A DNA stretch of 64,000 nt from Candidatus Chisholmbacteria bacterium (GCA_963704905.1 CAVPHZ010000002.1:364905-428904), one strand, 5' to 3'. Positions 1 to 10,396 are shown, counted from the stretch's first letter. Translations and numbers: made by a program. Notes: a model not told the origin generated them from the sequence alone.

Positions 1-337
1 TAATACCGATAATCCAAAAAACAAACAAGATCTGAGCAACTTGAGCTTGTCCAAGCAAAAACGCCAATAAGACACCCGCAAGATGAGCAGCCATGGTAAA
101 TCCGTAGAGTGGGTAACGCTCCTTCCGCTCGGTGATATCCCAATCATGTACTTCGTGCTTACGTAACAAATGGATGAAAAACAACATTGGTAAAACCGCA
201 TCTATGATCAATAAAACCGTCATGAATTGCCATTCCATACCATTAAAATAGGCATAAATAACTGCCATGATAAGCAAAGCTGGAATCTCAAGAAAAGGAT
301 CAAATACTCGCGAGATAACAAGCGCTAATGTTTTCAT
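1..337 (-). CDS. partial multi-pass membrane protein (5' portion; continues beyond window start)
   Basis: Minus-strand ATG at 337 reads without a stop to the window edge. Hydrophobic translation (MKTLALVISRVFDPFLEIPALLIMAVIYAYF...). Not in ORF track because truncated. Confidence 0.3.
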   Translation of the reverse strand, partial: MKTLALVISRVFDPFLEIPALLIMAVIYAYFNGMEWQFMTVLLIIDAVLPMLFFIHLLRKHEVHDWDITERKERYPLYGFTMAAHLAGVLLAFLLGQAQVAQILFVFWIIGI

Positions 338-433
338 CGTCTTTAGTATAACCTAAAACCAACATCTGAGATAACGAACCGTATATAACAGTTAGGAACT
401 GATTAGTAATTTGAGAAGAACAGGTAGTGGGGT

Positions 434-1513
434 TTAACGAAACGTCCCTCTGACACGTACTTTTGTGAGCAATTGTTGATCCTCAAGAAGCATCCCACAC
501 CCTCGTACAACCGCTGTTTGCGGATCATCAGTCACCCAAACCGGCATTTTTACCTCCTCAGCGAGAAGGCGGTCAAACCCTCGCAGCAGCGAACTCCCTC
601 CGGCCAAAGTTATCCCATGTTGTAAAATGTCAGCAACAAGTTCTGGTGGTGTCTCTTCCAATGTGTCCTTGATGTTTTCAATGATCTGCCGGATAACTGG
701 AGCCAGCGCCTCCCGCAGTTCAATACTTGAAAATTTTAAAGATTTCGGTAGCCCAGTCTCAAGATCCCTACCTCGTACAACAATCTGCAGCGCGCCGGTT
801 CGCTTCCCTTGCTTGTCTTTAGTGTCCGTCTCAAAGGGGTATGCACTTCCAACCGAAATTTTTACCTCTTCTGCTGTAGAAATTCCAAGAAGTAACCCGA
901 ACTTCATTCGTGCAAACGCTTGTACTGCTTCATCAAGCTCATCTCCTGCAATCCGTACGGATCGGTTAAGCACAATCCCGCCCAGAGAAATCACTGCAAT
1001 CTCAGTCGTCCCACCTCCAATATCTACAATCAGATGCCCTTTTGGCTCTTCAATGGGTAAATTTGCACCTATTGCAGCTGCCATGGGTTCCTCAATAAGG
1101 AAAGCTTCCCTCGCTCCGGCTGAAAAGCATACTTCCTGAACCGCCCGTCGTTCAACCTCCGTAACCCCTGAAGGAATTCCAACCACAACTCGGGGACGAG
1201 GAATTTTTGGTAATAGGCCATGTGTCTCATGGACCAGACGAATATAATGGGTCAACATTGCCTCGGCAGCGTCAAAATCAGCAATAACACCATCCCGTAG
1301 TGGTCGAATTGCCTCAATAGCCTCCGGAGTTTTTCCAACCATCCGCTTTGCCTCGGAGCCAATTGCCAAAACCGCACCACTTTTTTTATGACGTGCAACA
1401 ACTGAAGGTTCTCGAACAACAATACCTTTCCCGACAACTAATACCATGGTATTTGCAGTACCTAGATCAATCCCAACATCGTGACTAAAAAGCCCAAAAA
1501 ACCGATTAATCAT
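434..1513 (-). CDS. mreB: rod-shape determining actin homolog MreB
   Basis: Actin-fold motifs GIDLGTANT and DIGGGTTE. The track ORF extends to 1639, but the conserved N-terminus starts at Met 1513 (MINRFFGLFSHDVGIDLGT). Confidence 0.85.
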   Translation of the reverse strand: MINRFFGLFSHDVGIDLGTANTMVLVVGKGIVVREPSVVARHKKSGAVLAIGSEAKRMVGKTPEAIEAIRPLRDGVIADFDAAEAMLTHYIRLVHETHGLLPKIPRPRVVVGIPSGVTEVERRAVQEVCFSAGAREAFLIEEPMAAAIGANLPIEEPKGHLIVDIGGGTTEIAVISLGGIVLNRSVRIAGDELDEAVQAFARMKFGLLLGISTAEEVKISVGSAYPFETDTKDKQGKRTGALQIVVRGRDLETGLPKSLKFSSIELREALAPVIRQIIENIKDTLEETPPELVADILQHGITLAGGSSLLRGFDRLLAEEVKMPVWVTDDPQTAVVRGCGMLLEDQQLLTKVRVRGTFR

Positions 1514-2097
1514 AAGCTGATCAAAACATCTACGAATCGACTGAATATTTGCATAAGTTTCCTTCAAGAAAGAAAAATCCCGTAGGACCAACATCGCCTG
1601 GTGAGCAAAGGTGTCCAAACGGGCAGCATAATAACCCAATCAAATAATATCAAAAGTAATCAACCCAACTTCTCCTAAAAACGCGCTCAGTATAGCCATT
1701 ACAACATGAAATCGCAAGAATAGAAATAACAAATTCATAACTTCCTAAACACCAAAGTAAATTTTCTCTACCAAGCACAAAATACCACAAAATTGTGATT
1801 GATGTATCAAGCCTAATAATATCATCCGTCTATAAGCACAACCTTGACAATGTTGCTACACACTCAATACACATTCATACCTTGATCCCATCAATAGTTC
1901 ATGCTTCTCTATTATCATATTTCAATCGTAAATAGTCTTTAAAATTAAAATATTCAAGAGCAGTTTTAAAAAAAACTTCTTGGTGATCGTATGTCCAACC
2001 AAAGTCACATAAGAGAAGGAATTTTATTGTAAACATGATGTGAATCACGCACTTGTAAGAGAGATCTATATACACGTAACATTGTTAACTTTCTGAG

Positions 2098-4320
2098 ATG
2101 AGTAAGAAAGAAACAAGTGTTACAATACTCCTCATGACCTGGGACATAAAGCTTAAAAAATTCATCGAGTATAGCTTCTATGCCGTGTTTTTTATTGTCC
2201 CGCTTATTTTCCTCCCTGGACACGTGGAACTCTTTCAGTTCAACAAGATGATCACTGTCTATCTGCTCACAACGATGATCACCTCTGCCTGGGTAATCCG
2301 AATAGTACTTTCTGGTCAACTAAAAATAAAAAGAACACCCTTTGATATCCCACTAATTCTTTTCCTGATTTCTCAAGTGGTCAGTACAATTTTCTCCATT
2401 GTTCCATACACGTCACTTTGGGGATATTACTCAAGATTCCACGGGGGGCTTCTATCAACTGCTTCCTATGTACTGCTGTACTACGCCTTTGTCTCCAATG
2501 TATTTGACGAAAATACAAATCGTAAATCTGTTTTTCACAATAAATTCCTTCAAAGAAGTCTTGGTGTTCTAATTGTCTCAGTTGTCACCGTTGCGCTATA
2601 TGGTATTCTCGAGCATTACGGAATTGATGAACATTATTGGGTACAAGATGTACGCAACCGGATATTTTCTACAATAGGTCAGCCAAACTGGCTTGCAGCC
2701 CTACTTGTCACTATCTCACCGATTTCAATGTTCTACTATACGAGTTATTGGTTAAAGCAAAATGGGAAGAGGAAACAATTAAACAAAATAGAAATCGCCA
2801 ATGGAGTTGTCACGCTCATATTCTTCACTGCTCTGCTCTTCACAAAATCACGCTCGGGACTCATAGGCTACGCTGTAATGTTTCTAACTTTCTGGTTTTT
2901 ACTCATTACCCAACACTTCTCCTCCTCCACAGCAGATAAAAAAGATAAAGAATCACTAATGCGATGGATAAAAAACACTCCCATCATCAAACCAGCAATA
3001 ACTTCAATCATTGCTCTTACAACGCTTTCACTCGTCATCGGTACGCCATTTTCACCCAGCTTGTCACAACTTCCTACTCGTCTCCAGATAATCCAAACAG
3101 CTACGCAATCTGCTAAACCAGAACCTGCAGAACCGCAGCGGTTAATCGGCGGTTCACCATCTGAGGATATTAGAAAGATAGTCTGGCGTGGAGCCATTGA
3201 TGTCTGGAAGCATTGGCCGTTGTTTGGATCCGGAGTCGAAACCTTCGCCTACTCTTACTATAATTTCCGGCCCGTTGAGCACAACCTCGTTTCTGAGTGG
3301 GACTTCCTCTACAACAAGGCTCATAATGAGTATCTCAATTTCCTCGCAACCACAGGAGTGATTGGCCTTGGATCATATCTCCTTCTGCAAGGAACCTTTG
3401 TTATCTGGTCACTAAGAAACATTTATAAAAAAGCTGAATTACAACTTGCTGCCTTCATCTCCGGTTATCTAGGATTATCGGTAGTTAATTTCGGAGGATT
3501 TTCAACTGTCACGGTTGGTATGCTTTTGTTTCTCTATCCCGCGTTCGCCTATCTCAGCCAGCAGTCTGATAAACAATGGATAAGTTTCAAACTCTACAAA
3601 ACCAACTCAAATAACAAACTCACAAAATTGCAGTACATTTTTCTCCTAATTACTCTCCTGGCCACAACCTCAATGATAACTGAAGTTGGGGTACGCTGGT
3701 ATGCAGATCGGGTTTTCACCGCAGGGAGCGAAAAATCGCGATCCGGTGAAATCACCGAAGGTTTACTCCTCCAGCAAAAAGCCGCTGCGCTGGTTCCAGA
3801 GGAACCACTTTTCCATGATCGCCTGTCGCTGGACTTGGCTCGCTCAGCTGCCGCTTTATACATGGAAGGTGCAACCGAGTCAGCCCAGATTCTCGCTGAT
3901 ACGGCCGAGCTACACTCAGATTACGTCATGAGCATTAATCCATATCATATTAACTACCTTAAAAACCGTACGGCAGTTATGATCCATCTTTCAAGTATCG
4001 ACGAATCGTATCTGCAAAAAGCATTTAATACACTCTTGCTCGCCAAAGAACATTCACCTACCGACCCAAAACTCACCTTCAATCTCAGCTTGCTGTATTT
4101 GCAAAAGGGAGAAGCCGAGAAAGCCAAACAAGAATTGGTAAAAACTATAGAACTAAAACCCGACTACGCCGCAGCTCGCCTTGAATTAGCAGCCATGCTT
4201 GAAATAGATGGCAAGATCGATGAAGCGCGCTCACATTACGAGTACATTCTCAAATATATCGATCCCAACCAACAAGGCGCTCTCAAAGGTCTGGAGCGTA
4301 CCGAGATTACTTCTGAATAG
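2098..4320 (+). CDS. polytopic membrane protein with O-antigen ligase/Wzy_C-like domain and C-terminal TPR repeats
   Basis: Many TM helices. Wzy_C-like stretch (WRGAIDVWKHWPLFGSGVETF...YNKAHNEYLNFLATTGVIG). C-terminal TPR-like repeats (LAKEHSPTDPKLTFNLSLLYLQKGEAEKAKQELVKTIELKPDYAAARLELAAML). Confidence 0.65.
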   Translation: MSKKETSVTILLMTWDIKLKKFIEYSFYAVFFIVPLIFLPGHVELFQFNKMITVYLLTTMITSAWVIRIVLSGQLKIKRTPFDIPLILFLISQVVSTIFSIVPYTSLWGYYSRFHGGLLSTASYVLLYYAFVSNVFDENTNRKSVFHNKFLQRSLGVLIVSVVTVALYGILEHYGIDEHYWVQDVRNRIFSTIGQPNWLAALLVTISPISMFYYTSYWLKQNGKRKQLNKIEIANGVVTLIFFTALLFTKSRSGLIGYAVMFLTFWFLLITQHFSSSTADKKDKESLMRWIKNTPIIKPAITSIIALTTLSLVIGTPFSPSLSQLPTRLQIIQTATQSAKPEPAEPQRLIGGSPSEDIRKIVWRGAIDVWKHWPLFGSGVETFAYSYYNFRPVEHNLVSEWDFLYNKAHNEYLNFLATTGVIGLGSYLLLQGTFVIWSLRNIYKKAELQLAAFISGYLGLSVVNFGGFSTVTVGMLLFLYPAFAYLSQQSDKQWISFKLYKTNSNNKLTKLQYIFLLITLLATTSMITEVGVRWYADRVFTAGSEKSRSGEITEGLLLQQKAAALVPEEPLFHDRLSLDLARSAAALYMEGATESAQILADTAELHSDYVMSINPYHINYLKNRTAVMIHLSSIDESYLQKAFNTLLLAKEHSPTDPKLTFNLSLLYLQKGEAEKAKQELVKTIELKPDYAAARLELAAMLEIDGKIDEARSHYEYILKYIDPNQQGALKGLERTEITSE

Positions 4321-4353
4321 CACTTGCCATATTGACGCTCTGTTACAATACAC

Positions 4354-4917
4354 ATGAGTAGCATGGCAAAAATCATTACCGTCCCAGATCCTATCTTACG
4401 AAAAATTTCAGCGCCTATTGAAAAGTTGAATAAAAAAGTCAACTCAATCATTGACGATGTTGAGTCGACATTACATAAGGGCAACAACCCACGCGGTGTT
4501 GGTCTCTCAGCCGTTCAAATTGGCAAGCCTATCCGAGTTTTTTCAACCTTACTTCCTACCTCAGGAAATCCTGATGATGACCAGGAATCGGTTATAAGTA
4601 CCTATGTGAACCCGGAAATCACGAATGCTTCAAAAAAACTCACACTTGGTCCAAGCAAAAGAAGGCCATATCTTGAAGGCTGCCTCTCCATTCCCAAAAT
4701 CTGGGGACCAATCTGGAGACATGCATGGATTAAATTCAAGTGGCAGGATAAACAGTTGAACTGGAAAGAAAAAAAGTTCCTTGATTTCGAAGCCCGAGTC
4801 CTCCAGCATGAGCTAGATCACCTGAACGGTATCCTCTTCACTGATCACTCAATTAAACACAATCTACCGCTCTATGAAGAGCGAAACAACAAGCTCCATG
4901 AAATTGAATTAGGATGA
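4354..4917 (+). CDS. def: peptide deformylase
   Basis: EGCLSIP and HELDHLNG metal-binding motifs. Overlaps fmt by 4 nt (ATGA). Confidence 0.85.
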   Translation: MSSMAKIITVPDPILRKISAPIEKLNKKVNSIIDDVESTLHKGNNPRGVGLSAVQIGKPIRVFSTLLPTSGNPDDDQESVISTYVNPEITNASKKLTLGPSKRRPYLEGCLSIPKIWGPIWRHAWIKFKWQDKQLNWKEKKFLDFEARVLQHELDHLNGILFTDHSIKHNLPLYEERNNKLHEIELG

Positions 4918-5855
4918 AAAAAATCACTGTTGCCTTCTTCGGCTCTTCAACAAATTCACAACTTGTCCTTGAAAACCTTCATAAATCCGGAGTACAGATT
5001 CAGCTTGTCATTTCTGCTCCTCCTCGCCCAAGTGGTCGAAAACAGATTCTCACCAAAACACCTGTTCACCAATATGCGGAGACTAACAATCTTCCAGTCC
5101 AAACCCCAGAATCTCTCATCACTTTAAAGGTTGAACCTTTAAAGGTAGATGTAGCTATCGTTGCCGACTATGCAAAGCTCATACCGAACGCTCTTCTTAA
5201 CTTACCTAAACACGGTTTCCTAAATCTTCACCCTTCCCTACTTCCTGAATATAGAGGTTCAACTCCCGCCCAAGCCGCCATCATTAAGGGTGACAAACAA
5301 ACGGGGATCAGCCTCATCAAAATGACTAAGAAGTTTGATGAAGGTCCAATCCTCTCCTGGACTGAGGAACCAATTTACAACCAAGACACGCAAGAAGCCC
5401 TATATCAACGCTTATTTGAAATCGGATCCGCTATGCTCACCACAATCCTACCCGCTTGGATTAAAGGACAAATCGTCCCGCATGAACAAGAAAACGCAGG
5501 GGCATCCTATGCATACCGGCTCACCCGCAATCATGGCTATATCCCTTGGAAAACCGTACAAAAAGCAATGAGTGGAGAAAAAGTCTCACCCACAGACATC
5601 CCAGATAAACTAAGAAAATATCTATTTGGAATAGGTTTTAATGGAAATACTAACCATCAACTCCTCGAACGCGCCACACGCGCCTTCTATCCTTGGCCTG
5701 GTATCTGGACAACAGTGAGCACAAAAAAAGGAAATAAACGCCTCAAAATCCACTCAGCAATTTTAAGCGGAAGCAAATTGCTCCTCCAAGAAGTCCAACT
5801 AGAAGGTCAAAAGCCAGCTGATTTTAACCAACTTAAAATTTCCTTAATCCTCTGA
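4914..5855 (+). CDS. fmt: methionyl-tRNA formyltransferase
   Basis: Formyltransferase N-domain with LNLHPSLLPEYRG motif. Immediately downstream of def. Confidence 0.8.
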   Translation: MKKITVAFFGSSTNSQLVLENLHKSGVQIQLVISAPPRPSGRKQILTKTPVHQYAETNNLPVQTPESLITLKVEPLKVDVAIVADYAKLIPNALLNLPKHGFLNLHPSLLPEYRGSTPAQAAIIKGDKQTGISLIKMTKKFDEGPILSWTEEPIYNQDTQEALYQRLFEIGSAMLTTILPAWIKGQIVPHEQENAGASYAYRLTRNHGYIPWKTVQKAMSGEKVSPTDIPDKLRKYLFGIGFNGNTNHQLLERATRAFYPWPGIWTTVSTKKGNKRLKIHSAILSGSKLLLQEVQLEGQKPADFNQLKISLIL

Positions 5856-5883
5856 CGACTTTGTTATTAGGTATAATCAATCC

Positions 5884-6486
5884 ATGAATATCACGCTCTT
5901 CGGCGGAAGCTTCAATCCACCTCACTTCGGCCATCTCATTGTCATAGAACAGGCATTCGTCATTATTGAAAACATCGACCAACTTTGGCTCCTCCCGGAT
6001 TACAATCACTCGTTTGAAAAAGGAAATCGGTTCGCGCCGGTCAACGATCGACTTCAAATGACAAAACTCCTTGAAAACCACATCGCAAAATCCTTAGACA
6101 ATAAAAAGATTCGCACCGAAACTTGTACGATTGACCAAAAAATGTCGGGAAACACCATCCAACACATAACGTATTTAAATAAACTTCACCCCAGACATAA
6201 ATTCTCTTTTCTCATGGGAAGTGACAATTTAAGTTCATTCCACAAATGGCCAAAATACAAAACTCTTCTTAAGCTCATGCCTTTTTACATCTATCCCCGA
6301 GCTGGAAAACCAATGATGCCACTTCGAGACCATATGCAACCAATGGAACACCCCCTTCAGGTGATTACTAACATTTCCTCCACGCTCGTGCGAAACCGAA
6401 TAAAACAAAACCTCCCTATCACTCACCTTGTCCCCAAGTCGGTGCTACAATACTTGCGAGTGAAACACGTATATGACAAAAAATGA
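5884..6486 (+). CDS. nadD: nicotinate-nucleotide adenylyltransferase
   Basis: GGSFNPPHFGH nucleotidyltransferase motif. A TATAAT box at 5872-5877 lies 6 nt upstream of the ATG. Confidence 0.8.
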   Translation: MNITLFGGSFNPPHFGHLIVIEQAFVIIENIDQLWLLPDYNHSFEKGNRFAPVNDRLQMTKLLENHIAKSLDNKKIRTETCTIDQKMSGNTIQHITYLNKLHPRHKFSFLMGSDNLSSFHKWPKYKTLLKLMPFYIYPRAGKPMMPLRDHMQPMEHPLQVITNISSTLVRNRIKQNLPITHLVPKSVLQYLRVKHVYDKK

Positions 6487-7360
6487 CAACCTCCCACCCA
6501 TTAACTCGGAAAATGAAGTGAAAATAGTCACTAATTTTCTCAAAACGACATTCAAAAATGCCGGAAAAACACAGGCTGTTATCGCCGTCTCCGGAGGAAT
6601 TGACTCAGCAACCTCACTGATGCTTACGGCAAAAGCGTTAAACCCGAACAACATCCACACGCTTCATCTTCCGTCAAAAACAACTACTCCAATTCACACC
6701 GAGCACGCCAAACAGGTTTTGGATTTGGCAAATATTCCTCAAGAAAATCGCCAGATTATTCCAATCTCAGCCATCATTCAAAAATCCTGGCGTATCATCA
6801 AAAGAAACAGCCAGCAAATACCACTGACTGAAAAATCAGACAAAGATCGAAAAAGGAAAAACCAACAAATAGCACAGCTAAATAGAATCCGTCTCGGAAA
6901 CCTTGCCGCTCGATCCCGGATGATGGTCATCTATGACCAAGCTAAAAAGCTGGATGCACTTGTCATCGGCACCGAAAATAAATCAGAACACTTATTGGGT
7001 TACTACACTCGCTTTGGCGATGAGGCCAGTGACATCGAACCAATCCGCCATTTGTACAAAACACAGGTCATTCAACTCGCAAAATCGCTCAAAATTCCAC
7101 CCGAAATTATTGCAAAACCACCGACCGCCGGTTTGTGGTCAAATCAGACCGATGCAGCCGAACTTGGATTCACTTATGAGCAGGCTGATCCAATCCTTTA
7201 TCTTCATTTTGAGAAAAAGATGTCCTCAGCAAATATCAGTGAATTCCTTAGGGCCAATACCCAAAAAAATAAAATTGAAGCGGGTCAGTTGGTAAACAAT
7301 ATTCTAGGTCAAGTCAAATCCTCAAGCTTCAAACACATAGTTCCCTACTCCATCAAGTAA
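6473..7360 (+). CDS. nadE: NH3-dependent NAD+ synthetase
   Basis: PP-loop SGGIDSA. Overlaps nadD by 14 nt. Confidence 0.8.
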   Translation: MTKNDNLPPINSENEVKIVTNFLKTTFKNAGKTQAVIAVSGGIDSATSLMLTAKALNPNNIHTLHLPSKTTTPIHTEHAKQVLDLANIPQENRQIIPISAIIQKSWRIIKRNSQQIPLTEKSDKDRKRKNQQIAQLNRIRLGNLAARSRMMVIYDQAKKLDALVIGTENKSEHLLGYYTRFGDEASDIEPIRHLYKTQVIQLAKSLKIPPEIIAKPPTAGLWSNQTDAAELGFTYEQADPILYLHFEKKMSSANISEFLRANTQKNKIEAGQLVNNILGQVKSSSFKHIVPYSIK

Positions 7361-7361
7361 T

Positions 7362-7592
7362 TTACTTATAATCCTGATCATAGTCTTCAGAAGGTTTATT
7401 TAACCAATCCTCTAATTCCTCGAGGAATTCAGGAAAAGTAGCCCCTAAATAGATCACAGCCTCATTGAATTTCTCTTCTGGAAGATGAGATCTGTTTCCT
7501 AAAACATGGCTCAGCTTTTCTAGAAATTCGGGGAGAGCGCATTCCGGTCTCAATGCGCGGGCTTCTTCGTCGCATTGATGCAATGTTGGCAT
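7362..7592 (-). CDS. small acidic hypothetical protein
   Basis: 76-aa ORF only. No recognisable motif. Confidence 0.25.
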   Translation of the reverse strand: MPTLHQCDEEARALRPECALPEFLEKLSHVLGNRSHLPEEKFNEAVIYLGATFPEFLEELEDWLNKPSEDYDQDYK

Positions 7593-7713
7593 CTTAAGTC
7601 GGGTAATAAATAGGTCAACCTCGGCAGAAGAACCAACTGGTGCTTCCCTTATAAATATAACTATGCACGAGCAACGAGTATATGATGGAAAAATTATAAC
7701 TTGGAGATCAAAA

Positions 7714-8079
7714 CTACTTCTTTTTTGGAGTCTTTCTTCTAACTTTCTTAGTATCTTTTTTCTCTTCTTTTTCCTTGCTATTAATCATGTCCTTCTTCCT
7801 CGCTTCTGCTTTCTGCTCAGTTTTTTCTACTGGTTTTTTGTCTTCAGCCTCCTCTTTTACTTTCTTAGGACGATCTGCTCGCCTCATGCACTTTGTACAT
7901 AACCGTCTCCGAACAATTTTCCCATTCTCCATGACACGTACTGAATGAAGATTCGGAAGCCAGACTCTATTTGTCTTTTGTGCTTTCCTCTTCCAACGGC
8001 CTCCAGCCACACCCCGATGGTGACGGATATGATGGCCCACCTGAATAGTTTTTTCACAAGAATCACATATATATGACAT
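7714..8079 (-). CDS. rpmB: 50S ribosomal protein L28 with ~50-aa lysine-rich C-terminal extension
   Basis: Zn-ribbon cysteines (CDSC...CTKC) and conserved LPNLH motif. C-terminal tail KKVKEEAEDKKPVEK...KKVRRKTPKKK. Probable start at MSYICDSC. Confidence 0.7.
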   Translation of the reverse strand: MSYICDSCEKTIQVGHHIRHHRGVAGGRWKRKAQKTNRVWLPNLHSVRVMENGKIVRRRLCTKCMRRADRPKKVKEEAEDKKPVEKTEQKAEARKKDMINSKEKEEKKDTKKVRRKTPKKK

Positions 8080-8180
8080 AAACAGTCTCAATTTGTAAGA
8101 CGTACATCATACCAGCCCCAGAGGAAAAAAACAACGGATAGTTAACATAGTTTCAAAGAATCGTGTTAAAATCATCAGAT

Positions 8181-8801
8181 ATGATCTCAATCCTTCTTTC
8201 AGCTGGATTCGTTCCTTTCATCATTTTATTTGGAAGTCTAGTAATTTCAATCACCATTCACGAATTCTCCCATGCCTGGGCAGCAGACAAACTCGGTGAT
8301 CCAACACCAAGATATCAAGGCAGGATAACCCTCAATCCCCGGGCTCATATGGATCCTTTAGGAACACTTGCCATCCTCTTTACCTGGTTTGGCTGGGGTC
8401 GACCTGTGATGTTTGACCCCTTCAATTTAAAAAACCCCAGAAGAGACGCAGCGCTCATTGGACTTGCAGGACCTGCTTCAAACATGCTCTTAGCTATATC
8501 GCTTGGATTGCTGATGCGATTCCTCCCTCTTAATTCTCTCCTCTATATCACGTTCATCTCCATTATTCGCCTAAACATCATTCTTGCAATCTTTAACCTT
8601 GTTCCGATTCATCCGCTCGATGGAGGGAAAATTCTCATTGGCTTCCTTCCCCAAGACTTAGCTGACGAATGGAATGCCATCCTTTCCCAATATGGCATGA
8701 TCATCCTCATCTTTCTTATCTTTCCTTTCTCCGGTATTTCACCCATTTCCCAACTCATTTCCCCGCTTATCAATCTGTTTATGAACATCGTCATCCCCTA
8801 A
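8181..8801 (+). CDS. site-2 protease family (peptidase M50) membrane metalloprotease
   Basis: HEFSHAW (HExxH) and NLVPIHPLDGG motifs with multiple TM segments. The track starts at GTG 8163; ATG 8181 is preferred, 8 nt after a TGtTAAAAT box. Confidence 0.7.
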   Translation: MISILLSAGFVPFIILFGSLVISITIHEFSHAWAADKLGDPTPRYQGRITLNPRAHMDPLGTLAILFTWFGWGRPVMFDPFNLKNPRRDAALIGLAGPASNMLLAISLGLLMRFLPLNSLLYITFISIIRLNIILAIFNLVPIHPLDGGKILIGFLPQDLADEWNAILSQYGMIILIFLIFPFSGISPISQLISPLINLFMNIVIP

Positions 8802-8819
8802 TCGGCATCATTTCTAACC

Positions 8820-9503
8820 ATGCCAAAAAAACATCCAAACGATTTTGAGTACATTAAAAGAAAATTCGAAACCAAGCGGGATCAAACTATTGATACAGTG
8901 TATAGCGCCTTCCCCCACCTTGAACACTATTTTCAGACGAGAGGGTTGAGCATCAGCACCTTGAGGCAGCAGTCAGCAAAACTTCTCAGCCTCGGTGCCC
9001 TAACAGCCACAGTAATGCTTTCTCCTCCCTCTGATGTAGCAGGACTCAAAGTTCCCAAAGAAATTGTAGACAAACTTCATAAGAATGATGCAGAGAAACC
9101 CGATTCACAAATCAAGCGGTTTCTTACAGATGTACTTAAAGAAGTACTACCGCAACACCCACGTTCGCTCTCAGCCGATGAAGAACAATATCTAGAGCGT
9201 CTCTTTACCAGCGTTTATAGCATCGATGCCAAAGCAAGGCTGGAAGATCAGCACCTGAACACCACCTATGGTTTCATCGGTGCTGAACAACACCTTGCCA
9301 AGATATCCAGGCGATATGCTGAAAAACCACGGCACCGGTCAATTCCTCAAATCTGGAATGTCACCCGGAAAAGGGGCTTGGGGGTATTTTGCTCCGTCAA
9401 AAACGATGCTTACTCCAGAACTCGAAGAGACAGAGCGTTGGTATGCAGTGGTCCAAACCATGTATCTTCCAAACTGGAAATCAGATCTCAACTATCTGCG
9501 TGA
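8820..9503 (+). CDS. hypothetical protein (N-terminal part; 3' end possibly frameshifted into next ORF)
   Basis: 227-aa ORF. The last ~75 aa are Arg/Ser-rich and look out of frame. Overlaps the next ORF by 235 nt. Confidence 0.35.
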   Translation: MPKKHPNDFEYIKRKFETKRDQTIDTVYSAFPHLEHYFQTRGLSISTLRQQSAKLLSLGALTATVMLSPPSDVAGLKVPKEIVDKLHKNDAEKPDSQIKRFLTDVLKEVLPQHPRSLSADEEQYLERLFTSVYSIDAKARLEDQHLNTTYGFIGAEQHLAKISRRYAEKPRHRSIPQIWNVTRKRGLGVFCSVKNDAYSRTRRDRALVCSGPNHVSSKLEIRSQLSA

Positions 9504-9774
9504 CTGGTACAAATACCGCAAGGTCCTTATCGTCGACACACAAACTGGTAACGCAGTCGTTGCAGCCATTGCTGATGCTGGACCGGCAGCCTGGACAGGA
9601 AAGCACTTTGGTGGAAGTCCAGAGGTTATGCACATACTTGGCGGACCAAGATATAAAAAAGGGAAAGTCATTATGTTCTTTGTAAATGATACGGAGAATT
9701 CCGTTCCACTCGGTCCAGTAGATATGAAGTCCGGTTCTGCGTCGACAATAGCACTAAACAAAATCTATGAGTAA
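9268..9774 (+). CDS. hypothetical protein (possibly the C-terminal continuation of 8820 ORF after a frameshift)
   Basis: 168-aa ORF in the +1 frame with protein-like composition (WYAVVQTMYLPNWKSDLNYLRDWYKYRKVLIVDTQTGNAV...). Confidence 0.4.
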   Translation: MVSSVLNNTLPRYPGDMLKNHGTGQFLKSGMSPGKGAWGYFAPSKTMLTPELEETERWYAVVQTMYLPNWKSDLNYLRDWYKYRKVLIVDTQTGNAVVAAIADAGPAAWTGKHFGGSPEVMHILGGPRYKKGKVIMFFVNDTENSVPLGPVDMKSGSASTIALNKIYE

Positions 9775-10090
9775 ACTCTTTTTTGATTCGCTGGTCCAAC
9801 TAAACAGACTCGAGAAAGCAATTCAATCCAGAAGCTATTCCCATGAGCAAAAGGTAGAGCTCTGGACAATTGTAGACGATATCATCCACCATCGAGTGAT
9901 CCACATCGTACTTCAAAATCTCGATGAATCAGATCATGAAGAATTTTTGAATCAGCTTCTTGAAAAACCACACGATGATGAACTACTCGAACTCGCTCAA
10001 AAGAAAACCAAACAAGATATTTCCGCACTCATTTCTCAAAATGCAAATGAACTCGCTGTAGAACTCACAAAAATCCTCTCCGAAGAATAA
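9767..10090 (+). CDS. hypothetical protein
   Basis: 107-aa acidic ORF. Confidence 0.35.
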   Translation: MSKLFFDSLVQLNRLEKAIQSRSYSHEQKVELWTIVDDIIHHRVIHIVLQNLDESDHEEFLNQLLEKPHDDELLELAQKKTKQDISALISQNANELAVELTKILSEE

Positions 10091-10137
10091 AAAAACAGCC
10101 CTTGCTTGCCAGTTAGATGAGGCAGGACGTGAGAAAA

Positions 10138-10350
10138 TTATTTCTCTTGAAGCTCCCCGAGTTCATCGCTCAATTTATTGACCTGATCAGTCAAGCTTGT
10201 GATGCGGATTTCTTGCAGCAGCAATCTGTCTTTCTGACGAAACAGCAATGTGTAGCTAAGCGCACCGACTATTCCTAACAGGAGAAGTAAAATGAGCGAT
10301 ACTTCTCTCCAAGTTTCTACTTGATTCTCTATTGGCTTTTTCTTTGCCAT
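10138..10350 (-). CDS. septum formation initiator-like protein (FtsB/DivIC-type: short N-terminus, one TM, coiled coil)
   Basis: MAKKKPIENQVETWREVSLILLLLLGIVGALSYTLLF followed by a heptad-like coiled coil. Start chosen at internal Met; the track ORF extends to 10434. Confidence 0.4.
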   Translation of the reverse strand: MAKKKPIENQVETWREVSLILLLLLGIVGALSYTLLFRQKDRLLLQEIRITSLTDQVNKLSDELGELQEK

Positions 10351-10396
10351 AAATACACGATAGCATGAGCAAAATTCCCAAGTCAACTGCAAATTA

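Noticed and set aside
627-1139. 170-aa plus-strand ORF
   Set aside because: Lies entirely antisense within mreB. Ser-rich composition typical of a spurious frame.
2005-2319. 104-aa minus-strand ORF overlapping the start of the Wzy-TPR gene
   Set aside because: Overlaps a well-supported membrane-protein gene and the AT-rich upstream region. No motif.
10088-10130. Hairpin CTTGCC...GGCAGG after the 9767 gene as a plus-strand terminator
   Set aside because: No downstream U-run on the plus strand. A weak minus-strand orientation is possible, but the stem has a mismatch and the U-tract is 8 nt away.
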